DNA of 42,591 nt from an uncultured Acholeplasmataceae bacterium (GTDB taxonomy: Bacteria; Bacillota_I; Bacilli_A; Acholeplasmatales; Acholeplasmataceae), in NCBI GenBank assembly GCA_964600625.1, contig CAZRJV010000002.1, positions 1 through 42,591 of the forward strand, given 5' to 3'. Position numbers and translations under genes: made by a program. How positions within the stretch are numbered: position 1 is the stretch's first letter; every line of letters starts with the position of its first letter. A model generated the notes under the pieces. That model searched no databases. It saw only the letters and a list, made by a program, of their open reading frames with translations, and was not told the DNA's origin. This document shows, in pieces, positions 1 through 7,540 of the stretch.

Positions 1-470
1 TTGAACAACGTGTGCAACATAACGCATCACAAATTGACAACTATCTAGAACAACGTGTTCAAATTCTACAAAACGCAGTGGGCATTGTTGAAAAGAGTGT
101 TGACTTAGATAAAGATGTTATGAAGACCGTTGCAGCATACCGTGGTGGGGTTCATCCCGATGATACGAACCGTAACCAAGTCGCTGGTGAACTTGATGCC
201 GCTATGCGTAGTATTAATGTTGCTTTTGAAGCTTATCCAGATTTAAAGGCACACCAAACTTTAGCGGATGCAATGCAACAAAACTCTTATTTACAAAGAG
301 AAATCACTGCTGCTAGAGAAGTTTATAATGATACTGTCTTAAAATGGAATACAGACATTTATAGATGGCCAACAAAGATGATTGTTGCAGCAAAAGCTGG
401 TTATACAACAAGAATCCCATTCTCAGCATCCAGAGAAACTAAAGAACAAGCGAGAGCGAAATTCTTTTAA
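1..470 (+). CDS. LemA family protein, N-terminus outside the window (reading frame starts at base 3)
   Basis: The ORF is open to the left edge with no in-frame stop upstream of 12. The translation (SQIDNYLEQRVQIL...AYRGG...FEAYPDLKA...LQREITAAREVYNDTVLKWNTDIYRWPTKMIV...GYTTRIPF) matches the conserved LemA core as I remember it. Confidence 0.8.
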   Translation, partial: EQRVQHNASQIDNYLEQRVQILQNAVGIVEKSVDLDKDVMKTVAAYRGGVHPDDTNRNQVAGELDAAMRSINVAFEAYPDLKAHQTLADAMQQNSYLQREITAAREVYNDTVLKWNTDIYRWPTKMIVAAKAGYTTRIPFSASRETKEQARAKFF

Positions 471-491
471 TCACTAGTAATTTAATAAATG

Positions 492-520
492 ACCATATTT
501 CAGTTGAAGTATGGTTTTTT
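492..520 (+). terminator. Rho-independent terminator candidate after the LemA gene
   Basis: Stem ACCATA / TATGGT followed by a T-run (tatggtttttt), about 20 nt after the stop codon. Confidence 0.5.
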
Positions 521-603
521 CATGAATTGATTAATAGGATAGTTTCTTGAATTATTACCACTAAAATGGTAAGATTAAGGTAACGATAAAAGGGAGGGTT
601 ACC

Positions 604-1080
604 ATGACTGAAAAAGAACAAAAAGTAATTGAAGCCGAAGTTGTTGATGAAAAAGAAGGAAATGCGGATAATCAATCTAAAGAATCAAAGAAAGATAAGG
701 TTGGTTCATTCTTTAAAGAATTAGGTAAAGATATCTCTGATGCCGCTAGACAAGGCTTAGCTTGGACGGATAAACAAATCCAAAAGATTAACCAAAGTGA
801 AGCATTTAAAGAAACTTATAAGAAACAGACAGTAAAATTTAAGGTTGTTGGGACAAATACCTCTTTTCGAGGGTTTAAAGAACAAAACCAAGTTTTGGTT
901 AAGCTAGACGATCAATTTATCACAAAAACAGTCAAAATTAATTCCATTTTAGAAATGGAAGAGGGCACTAAGTTAAAAGTGATGAACATTGACTTAGAAA
1001 AAGCGGTTCATAGGGAATTGACTATTAAAGGGGATAAAGTGCCTGTGGCATTATTTGCCATTTTTGTAAAAGTAGAATAG
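604..1080 (+). CDS. Hypothetical protein (158 aa) with an acidic/lysine-rich N-terminus
   Basis: An AGGGAGGG RBS lies just upstream of the ATG at 604. The ORF is clean and is followed by a strong terminator. I recognise no family. Confidence 0.6.
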   Translation: MTEKEQKVIEAEVVDEKEGNADNQSKESKKDKVGSFFKELGKDISDAARQGLAWTDKQIQKINQSEAFKETYKKQTVKFKVVGTNTSFRGFKEQNQVLVKLDDQFITKTVKINSILEMEEGTKLKVMNIDLEKAVHRELTIKGDKVPVALFAIFVKVE

Positions 1081-1087
1081 GTGAATT

Positions 1088-1114
1088 AAAAAAAACAGGG
1101 TAACCTGTTTTTTT
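1088..1114. terminator. Bidirectional rho-independent terminator between convergent genes
   Basis: aaaaaaaacagg-gtaa-cctgttttttt. The stem is perfect, with an A-run on one side and a T-run on the other. Confidence 0.7.
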
Positions 1115-1115
1115 G

Positions 1116-1706
1116 TTAGTTAGGCTTATTTCGTTTTAGGAAATACCAAAATATAAAGATGATTTGAATTGGAATAGCGATGATGAAGACAAGATAGATA
1201 TTTTGTACAGATATGGAGATGAAGATAGTTAAAGCTAAACTCCATAACAATAAACTACTAATGATTAGTGTGTAATAGAATTTACCCCATAAGGCATTAA
1301 AGATCAGTAAAACAATAAATGAAGCCGGAATCGCATAAATAAAAGCAAGCCAGAAATACTCAAATTCCGAAACAAATATTTTACCTAAGGCAAAACAAAC
1401 GGTAGCCAATAACCATACTAGAGCCACCGATAATAAAGTAATAATCAGCCGGTTTTTATAGAATACTGGTTTTTTAGGTTTTACAGGTTCTACCTGATTT
1501 ACTAAATCATCAACGGTTATTCCAAAAATATCAGCCAGTTTCTTTAAAACCGTAATATCAGGAATGGCTTCAGCTCTTTCCCATTTTGAAATCGCTTTGT
1601 CAGAGTAATCTAGTTTTTGTGCTAGTTCTAATTGTGTCATATTTAGTTTTTTTCGGTAGTAGGTAATATTCTTCGCTACTACATTCTTTATATTTATTTC
1701 GTTCAT
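1116..1706 (-). CDS. XRE-family helix-turn-helix regulator fused to a C-terminal multi-pass membrane domain
   Basis: The N-terminus (ITYYRKKLNMTQLELAQKLDYSDKAISKWERAEAIPDITVLKKLADIFGITVDDLV) is a classic Cro/C1-type HTH. The C-terminal ~110 aa form about four hydrophobic helices. Confidence 0.8.
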   Translation of the reverse strand: MNEINIKNVVAKNITYYRKKLNMTQLELAQKLDYSDKAISKWERAEAIPDITVLKKLADIFGITVDDLVNQVEPVKPKKPVFYKNRLIITLLSVALVWLLATVCFALGKIFVSEFEYFWLAFIYAIPASFIVLLIFNALWGKFYYTLIISSLLLWSLALTIFISISVQNIYLVFIIAIPIQIIFIFWYFLKRNKPN

Positions 1707-1884
1707 AAACCAATTTTAACATTAAAGGCCACCTCTTGCAAGAAAATCATGAATTCTACTAATCGTAGAGTTACCTATTTTAAGTTCTACGAGACTGACT
1801 TTAAACTGTTGAGTCCTAAAACTTATCTGTAGAGAAACCTAATGAATATTATGGGGTATCATATCAGTTAAGGAAGTGAGAATT

Positions 1885-2574
1885 ATGAAAAGAAATGTGG
1901 CAATATTTGGAGACTCTATATTAAGAGGGGTCATCATCGATGAAGAAAATGGAAAATATAAATTTTCAGATCATATCGATTGGGAATTTATTGAAGATAA
2001 ATTAAATATTAAAATTGACAATAACGCAAAGATGGGCGCTGTTATTGGTTATGGTAAAAAGAAATTAGAAAAGTATTTGGACACACATGATGATATGTTT
2101 GCGGTATTGATTGAATTTGGTGGGAATGATTGCGATTTTAATTGGCAAGAAGTTGCCAACAATCCTCAATGTAATCATCAACCCAAAACGCCGTTAAATG
2201 AATTTAAAAATACATTAATTGAAATGATTGATATCTTACAACAAAAGAATATCAAACCAATTTTAATGAATTTGCCGCCAATTCATTCTAAGCTTTATTA
2301 TGATTGGATTCGAAGGGATATAGCTAATGGAGATAATATTTTAGAATTTCTAGGGGACATTGAACAGATTACGAGACACCAATCTAGATATTCTAATGTC
2401 ATCGCAGAAGTCGCAAATTTAAAAAAAGTTGAATTAGTGGATGTTAGAAGTGCTTTCTTGTCGACTAGATCCTATTTAACTTATATGTGTAAAGATGGAA
2501 TTCACCCAAATCAAAAAGGGGGACAATTAGTCTTAGATGTTTTTTTAGAGTATTATAAAGCGGGAATAAATTAA
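1885..2574 (+). CDS. SGNH/GDSL family hydrolase (cytoplasmic)
   Basis: Block I is FGDSILRG, block II is EFGGND, and block V is DGIHPN. An AAGGAAG RBS sits 8 nt before the ATG at 1885; the track's GTG at 1876 lies inside that RBS. Confidence 0.8.
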   Translation: MKRNVAIFGDSILRGVIIDEENGKYKFSDHIDWEFIEDKLNIKIDNNAKMGAVIGYGKKKLEKYLDTHDDMFAVLIEFGGNDCDFNWQEVANNPQCNHQPKTPLNEFKNTLIEMIDILQQKNIKPILMNLPPIHSKLYYDWIRRDIANGDNILEFLGDIEQITRHQSRYSNVIAEVANLKKVELVDVRSAFLSTRSYLTYMCKDGIHPNQKGGQLVLDVFLEYYKAGIN

Positions 2575-2720
2575 ATAGATTAAAACAAAAAAACTACTTT
2601 AAATAATATTAAATATTTCATGAAAATAGATGTACTAACTTAAATAAAAGTTACTTATTTATGTAAAATGATATATTTTAGTGTCAAAAGCGGTAAAATG
2701 ATTATAGAGGTAGTGATAAT

Positions 2721-3197
2721 ATGAAAATAGGTTTACTAATCCATTCTTTTAGTGGGAATACATTAAGTGTGGGAACCAGATTAAAAGTCCATCTTGAAGT
2801 TCAAGGGCACAGGGTTCATATGGATCAAATTATTGATGCCAATGAAGACCCAAAATCGAATAGACCGGTTTTACTAACGCATATTCCAGATCTTAATGAT
2901 TATGATGTTATTATCTTTGGTGCCCCTGTTAGAGCCTTTTCGCTATCACCAGTCATGACGGCTTATTTAAAACAAATTAGTGATATAGAAAATATTAAGT
3001 TTTTTGCCTATGTTACCGAAGGCTTACCTAAACCATGGATGGGTGGTAACCGAGCGATTAAAAAGATGAAGACATTTTTAGGAGCTAAAAATGCATCGAT
3101 ATTAGATACCGCCGTAATAAATTGGTCAAGTCGAAAGAAAGAAACACAAATCGATAGCATGTTGAACCGGTTCTCCAACAGAATTGGCTCTTTATAG
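2721..3197 (+). CDS. Flavodoxin-like fold protein
   Basis: The N-terminus MKIGLLIHSFSGNTLSVG resembles a flavodoxin phosphate-binding loop. Length is 158 aa. Confidence 0.65.
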   Translation: MKIGLLIHSFSGNTLSVGTRLKVHLEVQGHRVHMDQIIDANEDPKSNRPVLLTHIPDLNDYDVIIFGAPVRAFSLSPVMTAYLKQISDIENIKFFAYVTEGLPKPWMGGNRAIKKMKTFLGAKNASILDTAVINWSSRKKETQIDSMLNRFSNRIGSL

Positions 3198-3281
3198 TGC
3201 CTTAATATTAATAGAAAGCATAACACTATTAATATTTATTATTATTGCTATAATAAATATGAAACGGAGGACTTTTAATTG

Positions 3282-3818
3282 ATGTCAAATTTAAGAATTG
3301 GGATAATTTTATCCACGACTAGACCGATGCGTAAGTCAGTTGATATTGCGAAATGGTTCAAAGCATATACAGATTCAAATCGTAGTGCAACTTACGAAAT
3401 TGTAGATTTAAATGATTATAATTTACCACTCTTTGGTGATGAGTCAAATATGAATGGCGTTAAAGCATTCAATGACAAAATTAACCAATTGGATGGTTTT
3501 ATTTTTGTCTTAGCAGAGTATAATCACACAATCCCAGCCGCATTAACCAATGCAATAAGCTGGACACAAGATGTTTTTCACAATAAAGCAGCTGGTATTG
3601 TCTCATATGGAGCTGCTGGTGGTGCCAGATCTGCCGAACATTTGAGAAACGTATTAGCACAAATGCAGGTTGCGACAGTTCAAGCCCATATGTTAATAAG
3701 TATATTCCATGATTATGATCAAAACGGCTTTAAACCTTTAGCTATTCATCAAAAGAATTTAGAACTGATCACAAATCAAGTAGAATCATGGTCACAAGCT
3801 TTAAAAACTTTAAGATAA
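3282..3818 (+). CDS. NAD(P)H-dependent FMN reductase family oxidoreductase
   Basis: IGIILSTTRPMRKS...FIFVLAEYNHTIPAALTNAISW...VSYGAAGGARSAEHLRNVL is typical of the FMN_red family. A GGAGG RBS lies at 3266-3270. The start could be the TTG at 3279 or the ATG at 3282. Confidence 0.75.
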   Translation: MSNLRIGIILSTTRPMRKSVDIAKWFKAYTDSNRSATYEIVDLNDYNLPLFGDESNMNGVKAFNDKINQLDGFIFVLAEYNHTIPAALTNAISWTQDVFHNKAAGIVSYGAAGGARSAEHLRNVLAQMQVATVQAHMLISIFHDYDQNGFKPLAIHQKNLELITNQVESWSQALKTLR

Positions 3819-3949
3819 ATTAAACTGTTTTGTTTTATATAATGGTTTAAATCAGATTAATTTATAAACAGTGAAGTCTTAAGATATTACGAAAAATGCG
3901 TTTTTTTACTTCACGATTTATGATATACTAATCCTAGAGGCGTGATATT

Positions 3950-4780
3950 ATGACTGATCAAACTATCCGATTTAAGGATTGCGGTATTTACTATTTAATG
4001 TATGAAAATCCTTTAAAAGAAACTATCGTTTTACTACATCCATATGCGTCAAGTGGATTAATTTTTGACAGCCTTATTATTGCCCTGAAAAGAGATTATC
4101 AACTCATTATTATTGATATGCCAGGACATGGTAAAAGTGGTGTGACAAGTAGTGTGACATTTGAAGACATGCCAGAAATAATTAAGGTTATTCTTGACCG
4201 AGAAGAAATATTAAAGACTCATATTGTTGGGATATCAGAAGGCGCTATTGTCTCTCAAGGGTTTGGACAAATCTTTCCAGACAGGCTTTTAAGTTTGGTT
4301 GCCATATCCACATTTTCTATATTCCATGAATCCTATAAAGCAGTCAATGGGGAGTTAAGAAAAACTAAACTAAAACATTTGTTTTTATGGTTGTTTTCAT
4401 TTAAAAACTATAAAAAATATTATATTGATAAAAGTAGTTTAACTAATTCTGGTAGAGATAAATTCGAGAAAACCATGAAAGGTTTTAAGCGTAAGAGTGT
4501 TTTATCTAAAAAAGGTTTAAAACGGTTTTACAAGATGGGAAAACAAGTTAAGTTTTACCCTACTTACACGGTTTGTGGAGAGTTTGACTTAGATATTATT
4601 AAAGATGCTTCAATTCAATATGAGCAAAAAGTACCACTTACGACGCTAGAGGGGTATAATAATACCAAACAAGTTGTCTTTTTAGACAATCCAAGGTTAT
4701 TTAATGACCATTTAGTAACATTTTTAAAAAGCGTTAGTATGATTGGGGAAACATATGGCAGAAAACATCAAAAACAATGA
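3950..4780 (+). CDS. Alpha/beta hydrolase fold protein
   Basis: The HG-type oxyanion region LLHPYASSG, then DMPGHGKS, and the nucleophile elbow GISEGA. Confidence 0.7.
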   Translation: MTDQTIRFKDCGIYYLMYENPLKETIVLLHPYASSGLIFDSLIIALKRDYQLIIIDMPGHGKSGVTSSVTFEDMPEIIKVILDREEILKTHIVGISEGAIVSQGFGQIFPDRLLSLVAISTFSIFHESYKAVNGELRKTKLKHLFLWLFSFKNYKKYYIDKSSLTNSGRDKFEKTMKGFKRKSVLSKKGLKRFYKMGKQVKFYPTYTVCGEFDLDIIKDASIQYEQKVPLTTLEGYNNTKQVVFLDNPRLFNDHLVTFLKSVSMIGETYGRKHQKQ

Positions 4781-5849
4781 TTTAAATCAAAGAGATTCAG
4801 AAAGAAAAACTAAATTAAAAATAGTCGGAAAAAAACTTCTCGACTTTTTAGTTATTACTTTTAATGGAATGGCATTTGGTTTATTCGCTACCCTAATTAT
4901 TGGAGTAATTATCCAACAAATAGGGATACTTATCGGTAATATTCCTGGCGCAATCACATTGAGTGAGTATATTATCCAACTGGCTAATATCTTAAAATCA
5001 TTAATGGGTGTTGGGATTGGGATTGGAATTGCCTACATGTTAAAACTAGAAGGATTAAAACTAGTTGCTGCCGCACTTGCTGGTGCGATAGGGACATCAT
5101 TTAGATATGGTACTGGTAATCCTTTAAATGATCCAATGGTGGCCTATTTTTGTGTGATAGGGGTTTATTTAGTCTTTAAATATTTATTAAAGAAGAAAAC
5201 ACCGATTGATATAATATTAGTGCCATTAGTTGGTGGTGTTGTAGCTTACCTAGTTGCGTTTTTATTAGGAATGCCAATTAAATCATTTATGGAGATGTTA
5301 GGTAACTTCATTCAAAGTGCCACCGCTTATCAACCATTCATTATGGGAATCATTATTTCAGTGTTAATGGGAATGTTCTTAACGATGCCAATTAGTAGTG
5401 CTGCAATCGCAATTTCAATTAGTTTAGGCGATATCGCTGGTGGTGCTGCAGTTGTGGGTTGTTCGGTACAAATGTTAGGTTTTGCGATAATGAGCCGTAA
5501 AGATAATAATATTGGTACGGTCATAAGTGTCGCGATTGGCACCAGTATGTTACAATTTAAGAACATCCTTAAAAAACCAATTATATGGTTACCAACCATT
5601 ATCGTTTCAGCCATATTAGGACCTTTAGCAACCTTAGTGTTTAAGACACAAACCAATCCAATTGGATCAGGGATGGGAACGAGCGGTTTGGTTGGACAGA
5701 TTGCAACTTTTGAGGCAATGGGTTATAATGTTCAAGCGTTCTTATCAATTGGTATACTCCAAATAGCTTTACCAATTATATTAGTGTGGATAATAGACAT
5801 AATATTTAGAAAAAAGGGTCTAATACAACCAGGAGATTTAAAAATATAG
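4755..5849 (+). CDS. Polytopic membrane protein, PTS-EIIC-like / PfoR (COG3641) family
   Basis: About 10 hydrophobic segments. The N-terminal region (MAFGLFATLIIGVIIQQIG) resembles the PfoR / EIIC-like family from memory. The ATG at 4755 follows a GGGGA RBS; the track start at 4743 is a TTG. Confidence 0.55.
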   Translation: MAENIKNNDLNQRDSERKTKLKIVGKKLLDFLVITFNGMAFGLFATLIIGVIIQQIGILIGNIPGAITLSEYIIQLANILKSLMGVGIGIGIAYMLKLEGLKLVAAALAGAIGTSFRYGTGNPLNDPMVAYFCVIGVYLVFKYLLKKKTPIDIILVPLVGGVVAYLVAFLLGMPIKSFMEMLGNFIQSATAYQPFIMGIIISVLMGMFLTMPISSAAIAISISLGDIAGGAAVVGCSVQMLGFAIMSRKDNNIGTVISVAIGTSMLQFKNILKKPIIWLPTIIVSAILGPLATLVFKTQTNPIGSGMGTSGLVGQIATFEAMGYNVQAFLSIGILQIALPIILVWIIDIIFRKKGLIQPGDLKI

Positions 5850-5889
5850 TATAATAACTAATGGCTAGATAAAAACTAGCCATTTATAT

Positions 5890-5978
5890 GGAGAATTACC
5901 CAAGAGGTTGAAGGGGCGGGCTTGGAAAGCTCGTAGGATGTAACAGTCGCAAGGGTTCAAATCCCTTATTCTCCGCCA
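5890..5978 (+). tRNA. tRNA-Ser (anticodon GGA), class II with a long variable arm and encoded CCA
   Basis: I folded it by hand. Acceptor stem GGAGAAU / AUUCUCC. Anticodon stem CGGGC / GCUCG with loop UUGGAAA, giving anticodon GGA. Long variable arm. T arm AGGG-UUCAAAU-CCCU. Discriminator G followed by CCA. Confidence 0.9.
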
Positions 5979-5989
5979 CAAAGATAATT

Positions 5990-6020
5990 GCATTTGTCAG
6001 TCGGCAGATGCCATTTTTTT
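5990..6020 (+). terminator. Terminator candidate downstream of tRNA-Ser
   Basis: Stem GCATTTG / CAGATGC (one G-T pair) followed by cattttttt. Confidence 0.5.
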
Positions 6021-6062
6021 ATGCACTTTTATAGTAAAAAGGGGCTTTTTTAGCCCTTTTTT

Positions 6063-6083
6063 GCAAACGTCAAAAATTAACAC
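6063..6083 (+). repeat. Terminal inverted repeat on the tnpC side (IRR): gcaaacgtcaaaaattaacac
   Basis: It is the reverse complement of 7156-7176 except for one base at position 2. Confidence 0.85.
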
Positions 6084-6174
6084 CTATTATGAAAAAAAGA
6101 ACCACCAGATTAAAACCGCTGGTGGTTTTTTATTGGCGGGTGTACTCCCCTATAGGCGGAAATTGGAGTGTTGA

Positions 6175-6343
6175 TTACTCATTCACCAAACTTCTTGGAA
6201 TAGTATCACTGTAGGGCAGTAAATCTTCTAGGGGTTTAGTTTGTATATTGTTTAAGACATATTCGAGATACTTTGAGACATTTAAGTTGCTTATTTCCTT
6301 TTTCTAATTGTTTTATCCTACTTAAGGCTTCATTTATGTTCAT
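6175..6343 (-). pseudogene. tnpC: IS66 transposase (tnpC) remnant with an internal deletion and frameshift
   Basis: On the minus strand an ATG at 6343 opens MNINEALSRIKQLEKGNKQLK..., an IS66 TnpC-like coiled N-terminus. A second frame reads ...KYLEYVLNNIQTKPLEDLLPYSDTIPRSLVNE*, which resembles the conserved C-terminal tail of IS66 transposases. The ~450 aa catalytic core between them is missing. Confidence 0.7.
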
Positions 6344-6406
6344 GGGCCTATTATATCATACTTTTTTACCTTTTACTATATATTATTTATAATATATAGT
6401 AAATTT

Positions 6407-6742
6407 TTAGTAACTGATTTCTTTTACCCGTTCTTCCATCACTTTTAAACCTTTTAGTAATAACTTTAAATCCTCTGTTTGACACCCCTTCCCGTTAATC
6501 TGTTTCGGCCATTGGAATTTCGTATAATTTAACTTATTGATTAATAACCATGCCCCATATTCGTTTTCATAATAGATCTTTACTGTCTTTTTATTCTTTG
6601 AACAGAATACGAATAGGGTGTATATCGTTTCTATTGGACTAAAATTGTATGCGAGTAATGTTTGGATACTTCTCATCCCATTCCTCATGTCTAGTGGCTC
6701 TGTGTAAAAATAGATTCTTTTTACTTGTCGGTAATCAATCAT
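6407..6742 (-). CDS. tnpB: IS66-family accessory protein TnpB (IS66 Orf2-like)
   Basis: YFYTEPLDMRNGMRSIQTLL...LFVFCSKNKKTVKIYYENEYGAWLLINKLNYTKFQWP matches the DMR-G...LF-FCN...K-L-W...G-WL--K-L--G-F-WP pattern of IS66 Orf2. Confidence 0.85.
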   Translation of the reverse strand: MIDYRQVKRIYFYTEPLDMRNGMRSIQTLLAYNFSPIETIYTLFVFCSKNKKTVKIYYENEYGAWLLINKLNYTKFQWPKQINGKGCQTEDLKLLLKGLKVMEERVKEISY

Positions 6743-7097
6743 AAATCCGTTTTAATATTTCTAACGCTTGAGCTAAGGATGTCGTTATTTTTATCCCCCG
6801 ACTTTCTATTACCACTACCGAATGATCAAATCTTGAAAAATGTGTTGATTTTCTGATTATCTCTTCCTTGTCAAGTACGTTTATCCTCACATTTTCGCCC
6901 TCTATTACACTTGCGGTAGTCCCTATATTATCTACCCTGATAAAGTCCCCATTTATATGATTGTATGCTGCTACCCAATCCCTTAACGTCGTTCTTGCAT
7001 ATCCGTATTTCTTCGAATAATCGCTTTGGCTCATGCCGCTTGCTTTAAAGTGTTTTACGGTTTCAAATCTTTCTTTGTCTGTGTAAAATTTTCCCAT
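6735..7097 (-). CDS. tnpA: IS66-family accessory protein TnpA (HTH, orf1)
   Basis: HTH region GMSQSDYSKKYGYARTTLRDWV. The stop overlaps the tnpB start by 8 nt. The ATG at 7097 is preceded by AAGAGG; the longer track ORF begins at 7133. Confidence 0.7.
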   Translation of the reverse strand: MGKFYTDKERFETVKHFKASGMSQSDYSKKYGYARTTLRDWVAAYNHINGDFIRVDNIGTTASVIEGENVRINVLDKEEIIRKSTHFSRFDHSVVVIESRGIKITTSLAQALEILKRIYD

Positions 7098-7155
7098 CGG
7101 TTTTGTTACCTCTTTCTTGATTATAGAGTACAAAAAAACACCCTAACTTAATAGA

Positions 7156-7176
7156 GTGTTAATTTTTGACGTTTAC
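7156..7176 (-). repeat. Terminal inverted repeat on the tnpA side (IRL); the minus strand reads gtaaacgtcaaaaattaacac
   Basis: It is the reverse complement of 6063-6083 with one mismatch. Confidence 0.85.
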
Positions 7177-7482
7177 TTTGATACAATAAAGCGATTTACT
7201 AATCGCCCTCGTATCAAATCTTTTTTTCCTGCTGATAAGGGAGCAGCCCTCTCTTATTAAGTTTGCAATAATGCTACAACAGAAAAAGAAAGTTTAAATT
7301 CATTGGTTACTTGAAATTTACATTTAATTAATTACATGACTATGTAGCCATTGACACGATATGATGTTAAAAAAGTATTATCATGTGGAATTAAAAGCAT
7401 GTAGAAGCTAAAGGTAATTTGCTACACTTTATTAATAGACTGTTTTTACTAATTATAATTAACACAAAAAAACAATATAATA

Positions 7483-7491
7483 TGCTATAAT
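7483..7491 (+). promoter_or_regulatory. Extended -10 promoter candidate (TGcTATAAT) for the BspA-like gene
   Basis: A perfect TATAAT with the TG motif one base upstream lies about 45 nt before the start codon. The -35 is weak. Confidence 0.4.
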
Positions 7492-7540
7492 TAAAACAAT
7501 AATAATTAGAAATAAAATTTATTGAAATGAGGAAGTGACT

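Larger units (their letters stand above)
6063..7176 (-). mobile_element. Defective IS66-family insertion sequence (about 1.1 kb): tnpA and tnpB are intact and tnpC is reduced to fused N- and C-terminal stubs
   Basis: 21-bp terminal inverted repeats match 20/21, and the right-hand one starts GTAA as in IS66-type ends. The internal ORFs have IS66 orf1 and orf2 character. See the separate entries below. Confidence 0.8.

Noticed and set aside
604-1706. The convergent hypothetical protein and XRE gene read as a toxin-antitoxin pair.
   Set aside because: The genes are convergent and separated by a bidirectional terminator. The XRE protein is a 196-aa membrane protein rather than a small antitoxin, and the partner has no toxin-like motifs.
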